From Eubacteriales bacterium (lineage in GTDB: Bacteria; Bacillota; Clostridia; Oscillospirales; CAG-272): DNA of 64,000 nt. The stretch lies in assembly GCA_045637205.1 (NCBI GenBank), contig JAZTYY010000082.1:8822-72821 (forward strand), in the 5' to 3' direction. Position numbers and translations under genes: made by a program. Below are positions 26,747 to 35,750 of the stretch, one piece after another. Position 1 is the first letter of the stretch. The number at the start of each line of letters is the position of its first letter. The notes under the pieces were generated by a model, which saw only the letters and a program-made list of their open reading frames with translations, ran no database searches and was not told the DNA's origin.

Positions 26747-27303
26747 AAAAGAAAATAAAATTAACCATAAGAATTGCGTTAATCGTGCTCGTGGCAGTCA
26801 TTGTGGGCGTTAATATTTATACACTTAACGCCGCAAGACTCACGGGGGATAAGGTTCCTATGCCGTTTGGCATCGGCTCGGCAGTTGTATTGTCTGGAAG
26901 CATGGAGCCCGAGCTCAGTGTTGGTGATCTTTTAATCATCGTTGAAAAAAGCACCTATGAGGTCGATGACGTTATCGTATATCAAGATTCCGGAATGGCG
27001 ATTACACATCGCATTGTTTCCATTAACGAGGATGAGGTCATTACTCGCGGTGATGCGAACAATACAAATGATTCTCCAATTCGTCCAAAGCAAATTAAGG
27101 GTGAGGTTGTGTTATCCATTCCTTACTTTGGCTACGTAGTTGATGCAATTAAGTCACCAATTGGTACAATTTGTATAATTGGACTTGCAATTTTCCTCTT
27201 GGAGCGCTCATTCCACGTGGAAAAGAAGAATGATAAAAAAGAGCTTGACGATATTAAAGCTGAAATTGAAAAATTAAAGCAAGAGCAAAGCAAAAATTCC
27301 TAA
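26743..27303 (+). CDS. Signal peptidase I, ER/archaeal (SipW-like, S26B) type, paralog 2
   Basis: 186 aa. It starts at a GTG that overlaps the upstream stop (GTGA). The Ser box is LSGSMEPELSVGD, the His box is AITHRIVSI and the Asp box is TRGDANNTNDSP. A C-terminal TM is followed by the tail KKELDDIKAEIEKLKQEQSKNS. Confidence 0.85.
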   Translation: MKKKIKLTIRIALIVLVAVIVGVNIYTLNAARLTGDKVPMPFGIGSAVVLSGSMEPELSVGDLLIIVEKSTYEVDDVIVYQDSGMAITHRIVSINEDEVITRGDANNTNDSPIRPKQIKGEVVLSIPYFGYVVDAIKSPIGTICIIGLAIFLLERSFHVEKKNDKKELDDIKAEIEKLKQEQSKNS

Positions 27304-27327
27304 AACACAGAAATGGAGGTGTTTTTT

Positions 27328-27789
27328 ATGCAACAAAAATATAATAAAACACCCCTTGTATTCAAGATAGGAGTAGGAATTCTTTTCGCTCTCTTGCTTA
27401 CTGTTTATTGTTCAAACGGTCTTTATGCAAGATATTCTACCACGCTAGTTAATTCGAATAGTGCTCGCGTGGCAGTATTCTCGTTTGATGATAATTTAGA
27501 TGCACAGTCAAAAATTCTTCCCGCGGCATTAAGCCCGGGGGAAAGTGAAAGTGCCTCCATAACTATTAAAAATAATGGTGAGGTTGCCTTGGCTTATAGC
27601 ATTAAGATTGAAAATCTTACTAACAATCTCCCCATTGCCGATCAAATAATCACATCCGATGCAATAGCACCCGGAACCGAAACCACGTTCAACTGGGCAC
27701 TTGAGTGGCCGGAAGAAGAAAATTCCATTGATTATATGGGAAAAATGGACGTGTTTAAGGTTACTGTTATTGTTGAACAGGTTGATTGA
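27328..27789 (+). CDS. Small SipW-substrate-type secreted protein (minor fibre subunit candidate)
   Basis: 153 aa from the ATG at 27328 (GGAGG RBS). The signal ends in SNGLYARYSTT. Further motifs are ALSPGESESASITIKNNG and FNWALEWP..D.MG..FKVTVIVEQ. Confidence 0.65.
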   Translation: MQQKYNKTPLVFKIGVGILFALLLTVYCSNGLYARYSTTLVNSNSARVAVFSFDDNLDAQSKILPAALSPGESESASITIKNNGEVALAYSIKIENLTNNLPIADQIITSDAIAPGTETTFNWALEWPEEENSIDYMGKMDVFKVTVIVEQVD

Positions 27790-27812
27790 TTTCGTTTGCG
27801 GAAAGGAATAAT

Positions 27813-28631
27813 ATGAAAAAAATACATATTTCAAAAAGGTTTTGGATTGGCGCCGGAATTGTGATTTTTTTGCTATCGGTTGTGCTGACAAGCAGTGTTC
27901 TTGCAAGATACGTCAAAACCTATGAGCCACAGGACGATTCAGTCACTGCAAAGGCATTTTATTTTGAAAGTAATTATCTTACTGAAGATAATCACGAGTA
28001 TAAGCTTAACCCGGGAACAACAAGCGTTGATTTTAAGCTTTCAAATTATGAAACTGAGGCGCGTGTTTCTGAGGTGGATTCAATATATACTATAACGGTG
28101 ACGTCAACTGACACATCGTTTACAATTGATGGTGAAGTTGTTACACAAAAAACACTTTTGGCCAATAAAAATGAAAAGACCGATAAGACTGTAACACTAG
28201 GTAATCTTAAGGATGGATACGGATATTCGGTAACTGTAACAGCCAACGGCGGTTACACAAAAACATTGTCAGCAACGTTTAGCGTTGTAAGTACAAAAAA
28301 CGGATTTTTCATGAACGTTAATAGCTTTAATGATAAGTTCGTAATTTTGACGGTTTGGACTGAGAACGTTTCAGGGGACGTGACTATTGAGGTTCCCGCA
28401 GGCTTAGTTCCTGACACAACCGAGCCACTTTTGGCAAATATCCAAAACTGCGTAAATGGTGAATACCAAGAATTTACGTTTAGTGATACTGAGCATTTCG
28501 ATGAAATATTCATGTCCTACAAATATAGATTCTTCAAGACTGAAGATTACGATCCCAATCAGGAATTTGTAGTAACAATGAATGGAAGAACTGCTGAGAT
28601 TAAATCAAATTTATCAAAAGGAGGGCAATAA
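27813..28631 (+). CDS. SipW-substrate-type secreted protein (272 aa, divergent paralog)
   Basis: I chose the ATG at 27813 (AAGGAA RBS). The signal ends in SSVLARYVKTY, and a LNPGTTSVDFKLSN motif is present. The C-terminal half has no obvious paralog. Confidence 0.6.
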   Translation: MKKIHISKRFWIGAGIVIFLLSVVLTSSVLARYVKTYEPQDDSVTAKAFYFESNYLTEDNHEYKLNPGTTSVDFKLSNYETEARVSEVDSIYTITVTSTDTSFTIDGEVVTQKTLLANKNEKTDKTVTLGNLKDGYGYSVTVTANGGYTKTLSATFSVVSTKNGFFMNVNSFNDKFVILTVWTENVSGDVTIEVPAGLVPDTTEPLLANIQNCVNGEYQEFTFSDTEHFDEIFMSYKYRFFKTEDYDPNQEFVVTMNGRTAEIKSNLSKGGQ

Positions 28632-28634
28632 TTA

Positions 28635-31600
28635 GTGAATGTTTCAAAAACAACAGATAAACGTCGATTGCTTTTGGGCTTAATCGGTATAGTATCTGTG
28701 ATGATTGTACTCATTTTTGCTTGTTGCTTTCCTGTTTTAGCTGCGAATACTGACGAAGATCACGTACAAATTGGTGATCAAGCTTATATTATTACTGATG
28801 CTAAATCTCTTGTAGATGCCGACTTGGCATTGCTTAGATGGAGATCAAAGGGTGATACTACAAGTGTTTCTGCTGTGATTGATGGCGAAAGCTTTTCGGG
28901 CTTTGATGCGGTTTATGCCAAAGTTTATGATAAACTTCTTGCGTTGTTCGATGATAAAAGTGATAGTTCGGTAGTATATTACGACATAGCTGCTGATAAT
29001 ACACCGTCATCTGACGGCTATATAGCAAACACGTTACCTACAGGTGAGACTAAAAACTCTACTGTTATTTGGAAAGTAACCGGTGAAGTTACTCTTAAAG
29101 CCGGCAAGCCGATTTCTAACGTTGGTAGAGTAATTATTATATCTGAGGATGCAGCAACAATAAAGATGACTGCTGAAGCTTCTCAATTTTTGGTGAAGGG
29201 AACTGCGTCTTTTGTTATTCAAGGAAGAAGTGTTAATCAAAATATAAAGGTTACTTCAACAAGTTCAACTAAGACCAAAAATTCATTTCAGGTAGATGGT
29301 GGAAGCTTATATTTACAGTATTGTGACCTTGATGGATTCAAATATTCAAGCACATCAGTTTCAGTAATTTGTTTCCCGACAGGCAACTATGCTAGATATT
29401 TGTATATGTCAGATTCAAAGCTGCGTAACATTAATGCCAGAGAAGCTCCCGGTATCTTTTGTAAGGCGTATAGTACAGGTAGTTCAAACGATAAAGTAAT
29501 CCAATCAAAATTGTACATCAACTATTCGGAATTTTCCAATTGTGTAACAAACAGTGGTGCTTCGGATACAGTCGGTGGGTCTGCTATTAGATCATACGCG
29601 GCTGACGTGTGTGATTTGACTGTAAGAAACTGTACATTTACAAGCAATCGTGTAGGTAGTAAAACTGCTGCTCAAACCGGTGTAGCTACCGGTGGTGGAG
29701 CAATTTATTGGAAATCCGTGGGTGGTAAGGCTACTTTGATTTCCTGTACTTTTAAAAATAACCATAGCTCAGTTGTAGGAGGAGCAATCCTTAACATGGG
29801 AACTATGGAGATTATAGGCTGTAATTTTGAAAATAATACAGCATTCCAAAGTGGTGGAGCAATTGCCGTTGAAACACCATATACTTCAAGTGAATATACA
29901 AGTATTACAGGTTCTACAAGTGAAAACAAGCAGAATAATTTGAGTGGTACTTTGACACTTGACTCCAATACAAAAATTATTGGAAATACGGCAAATCAGA
30001 TTGGTGGAGGCATTTATTTTAATGCGGTATCCAGCCAAATCAGTAGTAAATATCAAATAACAAAATATCAAATGCAGTTGATTATTAACGGTGCTGAAAT
30101 TACAGGCAACACCTCCGGCACAAACGGTGGTGGTGTAGGTATCTATATGAACTATGACGACCGTGAATATAAGACCGGTGTTATTATCAATGAGGGAAGC
30201 TTGATTGCTAATAACGTTGCTGCTCAAAACGGCGGTGCGATTTGGATAAATAGTGCTGAAGCGTGTGATTGTAAGGAAAATCAAGGTGTTGTCATGAATG
30301 GTGGTACACTTGAAAATAACCTGGCAATCAACGGTGGAGCAATCTATATTGACACTGGTAAAAACGGTGTTGAAATGAACTATTTTATAAACAGTGGTAA
30401 CGTATATAGAAATAGTGCAACATCAAATGGTGGTGCAGCCTATATTCAAGGCGGTAACGTTATTATGTCGGGTGGTATCATTGCAGATTGTACCGCGAAT
30501 GTAAACGGTGGTGCAGTATACGTTTCAGGTGGTGACGCTACCATATCAGGTGGTGAAATCAGTGACTGTGAGGCAGCTGAAGATGGAGGCGCATTCTATA
30601 TGACCGCCGGTTCAGTTACCTTGTCGGGAAATGCTGTTCTTAGTAGATGTACTGCAAAGAACGGCGGCGTAGTTTATATGGGTGGTGGTACCCTTAATAT
30701 GAATGGTGGTACACTTTCATCCAATACTGCTATCAATGGAGCAGGTGCTTATCTTGCAAACGGTACCATGACTATCTCAGGTGGTACAGTTATTGATAAC
30801 ATTGCATCACAAAACGGTGGTGCGGCTTACCTCGGTGGTGGTAATATGAACGTTACTGACGGCACTATTTCAACAAACGTTGCCGTAAATGGTGCGGGTG
30901 CATACCTTGCAAGTGGTACTTTGTCAGTTTCAGGTGGTAACATTATTAGCAATAATGGATCTCAAAATGGTGGTGGTGCATACCTTGCAGGTGGTACTAT
31001 GATATTCTCTGGTGGTACTGTTTCAACAAACATGGCAGTAAACGGAGCAGGAGCATACCTTGCAGGTGGTACAATGACCGTTTCGGGTGGTAATCTTACT
31101 TCAAACGTTGCATCTATGGATGGCGGTGGTGCTTATCTTGCAGGTGGATCGTTTACAATTACAAACGGTACAATTACGGGCAACACAGCGGTTAACGGTG
31201 CAGGCGCACTTGTTGCAAACGGTAACGTAAACGTTAGTGGTGGCTCGATTACACAAAACGTTGCCGCACAAAACGGTGGCGCGTTCTCAATCACTAATGG
31301 TAACTATACAATGATTGGTGGCTCAGTTACCCATAATATAGCAACCAACGGTGATGGTGGTGCAATTTATATTTCATCAACCCAGGATAATACAAATATT
31401 ATTATTCGCTCAGGCACGATTATTGATAACCAAGCGGGCAATAGTGGTGGTGCATTGGGTGTTTACGGTCAGGATGGAGTTAAATTTACCATTACAATTG
31501 GTTCAAATACAAATCATAAGGATAGAGATAATTGCCACGTTTGTGTGGATAATGCAAGTATAGACGAATCTTGTCCCGTTATTAAAAACAACTCCTCCGT

Positions 31601-34600
31601 CACAAGCGGTGGCGGTATATATCTTTCAGGTTCATATGATGCGGTAATGAATATGCACTGCCTTGTTGAAGAGAATAATACTGTTGGTGACGGTATTTCT
31701 AATAGTAACTTCATGAAGGTAGAGGGTGGTACACTCAATATCAATACTGAAGGTGCTAACAAGGAAGAAGACTGCGGTAACGTAGTTATTAATTCATCAA
31801 TTCACGTAACAGGCGGTAAGGTAACACTTCATGGAAGTGGCTCAAACCCGATGTTTAAGGAGCCTGTAACGGTTGATATTAATACTGAAGGCTCAAGCTT
31901 TACTGATGCTCGAGATGGCGGTAATGCAAGAACAATTCAGTACTTTGAAAACTTTGTAATCGGTGGCCAAATGTCAGGTCGATACGTTTTGATTGACTAC
32001 ATTAGCACTGATCCGCACATTGTTCGTGCAAATATGTATTCTAATACGGGTTATGAGGTTGACGGTTGGACTCTTATGACAACCGACGCAAATGGTAACC
32101 ACGTTTCAACTGGTAGAATATTTAAAGCGGGTGACGAGATTACTGACACAGGAAAGCTTATTTTCTATGCTAAATGGGTAGTTGTTGGTTACACGGTAAT
32201 ATTCGATCCGGGTGTGGATAGCTATAGGGGATCAATGGATCCTCAGGACTTTGCCTATAATGATAAAAAAGCACTTTTAGAAAATGCATTTATCAACGTG
32301 GGATATAAATTCTTGTATTGGGTGGATGCAAGTGATCCAACTAAGATCTATACTGACGGTCAGGTTGTTGAGGGCCTTTCACAAACTCACGGTTCAAAGA
32401 TTAATTTGATTGCCGTTTGGGAAATATGCACACATAACGATACGGAATATATACTTACCACAAGTGGAAGTATAGCTACTCGCCAATGTGAATGCTTAGG
32501 ATTTACCGAGATGGCATCTATTTCAGGTATCACTACTGTTTACGATGCTAATCCTCACGGAGTTAATGTAAACTATAATAGAGAGAGCTTGAATGGTCTT
32601 AACCCCGACGAGCTTTGGAGCTTTACCGTTCTTTATAATGGTACTTCAAACGGTGGAGAAACCTTGAGTGATTCCACCTTGGCACCGATCAATGCAGGCT
32701 CATATACTGCCGGCTTTGAGGTTGGTGAGGGTAAATCTATTTCCGTAAACATAATCATTAATAGAGCGAATAGAGAACAAGCTCCCAACTTGCCCGAGTA
32801 TACAACAGAGGTTGACAATAAGGGTACAAATAATCCTAATGATGATGTAAATATCATCAAAATTCAAACTCCAACGGACACAACGGGATATCCTCTTGAA
32901 TATCAGTTTTCTTGGTATGAGGGACAGTCACTTAAGCAAAGTAATTGGCAGTCCTGGAATGCTCAAAATCCTCCAACACAACAGTTGAAGGTAACTTACA
33001 CCAACTATTATGTTGACGTAAGATATGCTCAAACGGATAACTATAATGCATCAAGCATTGTTCGAGGAACGTCAGTTATCGTTTGGACGGGTAACGTAAC
33101 GTTTAAGTTTACTTCCGGACAAGGTCTTAGTCACTCACACGTAACATCCAATAATAAGGATGGTATTACAGTTACGTTGACTCCTTTGGAAGGATATTAT
33201 ATTTACAATATTGTCACCACAGTATCCGAAATTCCTGATTATACACTTCCTGTGATGGATGAAACCACAAAGACAAGTGATTCTTGGGTGATTTGGATTC
33301 ATAGTATTGCTGAAGCGCCCAAGGGAAGCGGAATTACAATTGAAATATTGTTTACAGGAGCTGAAAAAACAATCGACGTTGATTCTTCAACAGTTAAGGA
33401 CGAGGCATTTAATGATATTTCGTCAAGTGGGGAAGAAAACGTAACAATCAGCAGTGATTCTGCATTCACAGTTGCATTTAACGCAAGCAATTTCAAGCAT
33501 TACGTTAATCCTTCAATCACATTTAGCAGCGCAATTCCAAGTGGTAGTACTGTGATTATGATTGATAAATCTGATTATAGCTATTGGGGCTATACTGCAA
33601 CGGCCAACGTGACAAGCATACCCCTTACGGATTTTGTTAAGATGGGAACACAAAATGAAAAATTCTCAATTGACGGAAAGGAAGCGTATAACCTTCAGTT
33701 CGTTGTTGATTTTTCAAATTGTCAAAGTTATCCCACAGCAAACACTCTTGTTACATCTTTTGCTGCAACACCTGTTCAACCTTCGGGAATTACAACAGTA
33801 CCTGCAATGCCTTCATCTTCCGACGTGAAGAGTACAATTCAGTTTATGAGTACCCCCACTTTTAATATTGAAAGTGATGAAACAGCAACAGATTCAACGT
33901 CACATTCACTTGCTTATCAGTTTGCTGTGACGTCGGGAACTAACGTAGGCACTTCAAAATGGAACGATATAGGCGCTATGCTTCTTGTTGTTCCTGAGGA
34001 TGCATCAATTCTTCCCAAGGATGCAAGATTGCAGGTTAAGATTGGCGATTCAACTGAAATTTATCCTTTGATTAACGGTAAATTCACAGTTGCCCTGCCT
34101 TCTAATAACACGGGAGTTGCATCACTTACCTTGTTGTCAGATATGATGCCTAATGAAGATATATCCTTTATGTTTACCGTTCAGCTTTGCGCATCAGCAA
34201 CCAAGGTTCAAAACACTCCTAATGGAGAGGAGCTTAACGTTGCAGACATCACTATTAGCTATAGTGTGAAGAAGACTGATGATCCTGAAATTTTTGCACA
34301 AATCAATGGTGATCTTCCCAAGTATGAAAACGGAAATATAACTCCATTGTATTTTGCAGTATCGGTTGAAAATCTTCCTCAAAATTATACGGTAAGAGCA
34401 ATGCTATATAGCAAAAACGCTAACGGTGGATATACTTCCACAACTCAAACAATGAATTTACCCCTTGTGGATAATTCGTTTGAGGGGGTTATTGACCTTG
34501 TATCCTTTAAAGAGGAAATGAGCCAAGCTGTTGGAAGTCTTAGCCTTATGGTTAGCATTGAAATTGTTGACTTGAACGGCGCAGTTGTTGAGTCCGTTCC

Positions 34601-34634
34601 ATTGTATTTTATTTTGGTAGATGCAAGACAATAG
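28635..34634 (+). CDS. Giant secreted beta-helix adhesin-like protein (Pmp-type GGA(I/A)Y repeats plus Listeria-Bacteroides (Flg_new) repeats)
   Basis: 1999 aa, starting at a GTG 3 nt after the upstream stop. The N-terminal signal or anchor is LLLGLIGIVSVMIVLIFACCFPVLAAN. Aa ~300-1065 hold ~23-aa rungs such as NGGAAYL.GG.M.VSGGT...N. Aa ~1138-1263 hold two GY.(V/F).(G/Y)W...(Y/I)A.W repeats. The ~730-aa C-terminal region is uncharacterised, and I saw no LPXTG. Confidence 0.75.
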   Translation: MNVSKTTDKRRLLLGLIGIVSVMIVLIFACCFPVLAANTDEDHVQIGDQAYIITDAKSLVDADLALLRWRSKGDTTSVSAVIDGESFSGFDAVYAKVYDKLLALFDDKSDSSVVYYDIAADNTPSSDGYIANTLPTGETKNSTVIWKVTGEVTLKAGKPISNVGRVIIISEDAATIKMTAEASQFLVKGTASFVIQGRSVNQNIKVTSTSSTKTKNSFQVDGGSLYLQYCDLDGFKYSSTSVSVICFPTGNYARYLYMSDSKLRNINAREAPGIFCKAYSTGSSNDKVIQSKLYINYSEFSNCVTNSGASDTVGGSAIRSYAADVCDLTVRNCTFTSNRVGSKTAAQTGVATGGGAIYWKSVGGKATLISCTFKNNHSSVVGGAILNMGTMEIIGCNFENNTAFQSGGAIAVETPYTSSEYTSITGSTSENKQNNLSGTLTLDSNTKIIGNTANQIGGGIYFNAVSSQISSKYQITKYQMQLIINGAEITGNTSGTNGGGVGIYMNYDDREYKTGVIINEGSLIANNVAAQNGGAIWINSAEACDCKENQGVVMNGGTLENNLAINGGAIYIDTGKNGVEMNYFINSGNVYRNSATSNGGAAYIQGGNVIMSGGIIADCTANVNGGAVYVSGGDATISGGEISDCEAAEDGGAFYMTAGSVTLSGNAVLSRCTAKNGGVVYMGGGTLNMNGGTLSSNTAINGAGAYLANGTMTISGGTVIDNIASQNGGAAYLGGGNMNVTDGTISTNVAVNGAGAYLASGTLSVSGGNIISNNGSQNGGGAYLAGGTMIFSGGTVSTNMAVNGAGAYLAGGTMTVSGGNLTSNVASMDGGGAYLAGGSFTITNGTITGNTAVNGAGALVANGNVNVSGGSITQNVAAQNGGAFSITNGNYTMIGGSVTHNIATNGDGGAIYISSTQDNTNIIIRSGTIIDNQAGNSGGALGVYGQDGVKFTITIGSNTNHKDRDNCHVCVDNASIDESCPVIKNNSSVTSGGGIYLSGSYDAVMNMHCLVEENNTVGDGISNSNFMKVEGGTLNINTEGANKEEDCGNVVINSSIHVTGGKVTLHGSGSNPMFKEPVTVDINTEGSSFTDARDGGNARTIQYFENFVIGGQMSGRYVLIDYISTDPHIVRANMYSNTGYEVDGWTLMTTDANGNHVSTGRIFKAGDEITDTGKLIFYAKWVVVGYTVIFDPGVDSYRGSMDPQDFAYNDKKALLENAFINVGYKFLYWVDASDPTKIYTDGQVVEGLSQTHGSKINLIAVWEICTHNDTEYILTTSGSIATRQCECLGFTEMASISGITTVYDANPHGVNVNYNRESLNGLNPDELWSFTVLYNGTSNGGETLSDSTLAPINAGSYTAGFEVGEGKSISVNIIINRANREQAPNLPEYTTEVDNKGTNNPNDDVNIIKIQTPTDTTGYPLEYQFSWYEGQSLKQSNWQSWNAQNPPTQQLKVTYTNYYVDVRYAQTDNYNASSIVRGTSVIVWTGNVTFKFTSGQGLSHSHVTSNNKDGITVTLTPLEGYYIYNIVTTVSEIPDYTLPVMDETTKTSDSWVIWIHSIAEAPKGSGITIEILFTGAEKTIDVDSSTVKDEAFNDISSSGEENVTISSDSAFTVAFNASNFKHYVNPSITFSSAIPSGSTVIMIDKSDYSYWGYTATANVTSIPLTDFVKMGTQNEKFSIDGKEAYNLQFVVDFSNCQSYPTANTLVTSFAATPVQPSGITTVPAMPSSSDVKSTIQFMSTPTFNIESDETATDSTSHSLAYQFAVTSGTNVGTSKWNDIGAMLLVVPEDASILPKDARLQVKIGDSTEIYPLINGKFTVALPSNNTGVASLTLLSDMMPNEDISFMFTVQLCASATKVQNTPNGEELNVADITISYSVKKTDDPEIFAQINGDLPKYENGNITPLYFAVSVENLPQNYTVRAMLYSKNANGGYTSTTQTMNLPLVDNSFEGVIDLVSFKEEMSQAVGSLSLMVSIEIVDLNGAVVESVPLYFILVDARQ

Positions 34635-34641
34635 TATAACT

Positions 34642-34678
34642 AAATGCCCATTCACCGAAAGGTGAATGGGCATTTTTA
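34642..34678 (+). terminator. Strong rho-independent terminator ending the operon
   Basis: AATGCCCATTCACC-gaaa-GGTGAATGGGCATT is followed by TTT. Confidence 0.9.
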
Positions 34679-34697
34679 TTTGAATTATATAAACTTA

Positions 34698-34726
34698 TTG
34701 CATTTTGCCATTAAAGGTGGTATAAT
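34698..34726 (+). promoter_or_regulatory. Sigma-A type promoter
   Basis: TTGCAT (34698-34703), 17-nt spacer, then TGgTATAAT with TATAAT at 34721-34726. Confidence 0.65.
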
Positions 34727-34840
34727 TACAATATATTATTATACCGACGATTTTAGTAACGCCTTGTGCGAAAAAAGAAAGCGTCTCGATGTGATTGTAG
34801 TTGGTGCATTTGACGAAATGAATAAATAGAGGTGAAAAAA

Positions 34841-35287
34841 ATGAAAATCATACATTATGAAGAACAATATAGGGATGACCTCATTTTTATGATTTTGCAA
34901 GCCAAGGACACGCTTGGGAGAAAGCCGAGTATAAATAAAGATTTATTGGATATAAAATCCAACTATTTTGACCGTGGAGATATGTTTTGGGTTGCGATTG
35001 ATGAAAATGACCGAGTAATCGGTAGTGTTGGCTATTCAAAAATTGAAAACACTAATGAGGCATTTGTGCATCGACTTTATGTGAAAGCATCTGAAAAGCA
35101 CAAGGGCATTGGCACAGCGCTGCTTGACGTTGCCGAAAACGAGATGATGAGGCAGGGAATAGTTGTGTCACTTGTGCATCTTGGAGAGCCCAAGGAACAG
35201 TGGTTTGAGTCATATTCGTTCTATCCCAAACATGGATATTGCGAATATGCGCCGAGATATATGAGAAAAAAATTAGAAAATAGGTGA
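34841..35287 (+). CDS. GNAT-family N-acetyltransferase
   Basis: The motif A region is LYVKASEKHKGIGTALLDVAE. I chose the ATG at 34841, 6 nt after a GAGGTG RBS. Confidence 0.8.
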   Translation: MKIIHYEEQYRDDLIFMILQAKDTLGRKPSINKDLLDIKSNYFDRGDMFWVAIDENDRVIGSVGYSKIENTNEAFVHRLYVKASEKHKGIGTALLDVAENEMMRQGIVVSLVHLGEPKEQWFESYSFYPKHGYCEYAPRYMRKKLENR

Positions 35288-35292
35288 AATAT

Positions 35293-35703
35293 ATGAAGAA
35301 AGTAAATAGATTTTTAGTTATGATTCTTGCATTTGCGTGTCCGTTTGCTTGTGCTGGTTGCTCAGATGCAGAAGAATCCACCCCCACTCCTATAAGCTAC
35401 GAGCAAATTAGTCAAAAGGAAGCAAAGACGCTTATGGATAGTGAAAGTGGATACGTTATTATTGATGCGAGAACACAGTCCGAATATGACGAGGGACATA
35501 TTCCCGGCGCCATACTCATTCCCGAATATGAAATCGCGAGCCGTGCCGAAAAGGAGCTTCCCGATAAGGATCAGTTGATACTTGTTTACTGCCGAAGCGG
35601 AAGAAGAAGCAAAATTGCGGCCGAGGAGCTCGTAAAGCTTGGATATACCAACGTCAAGGAATTTGGCGGCATCATCGATTGGGAGTATGAGATTGTTAAA
35701 TAA
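35293..35703 (+). CDS. Rhodanese-domain protein, probable lipoprotein
   Basis: The signal MKKVNRFLVMILAFACPFACAGCS has a Cys-containing lipobox-like end. The rhodanese active-site loop is YCRSGRRS. Confidence 0.8.
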   Translation: MKKVNRFLVMILAFACPFACAGCSDAEESTPTPISYEQISQKEAKTLMDSESGYVIIDARTQSEYDEGHIPGAILIPEYEIASRAEKELPDKDQLILVYCRSGRRSKIAAEELVKLGYTNVKEFGGIIDWEYEIVK

Positions 35704-35750
35704 CGTGCTTTGAATAAGTTAAATGTTTATGGCTGAGTTTTCATTAGATA

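Noticed and set aside
28635-34634. A sortase-anchored or S-layer-anchored adhesin call for the 1999-aa protein
   Set aside because: I saw no LPXTG-like motif with a hydrophobic tail at the C-terminus, which ends ..SVPLYFILVDARQ. I saw no SLH or cell-wall-binding repeats, and no sortase gene is in the window.
34644-34829. A 61-aa ORF right after the giant adhesin gene
   Set aside because: It begins inside the terminator hairpin, has no RBS and spans the promoter of the next gene. It is most likely noise.
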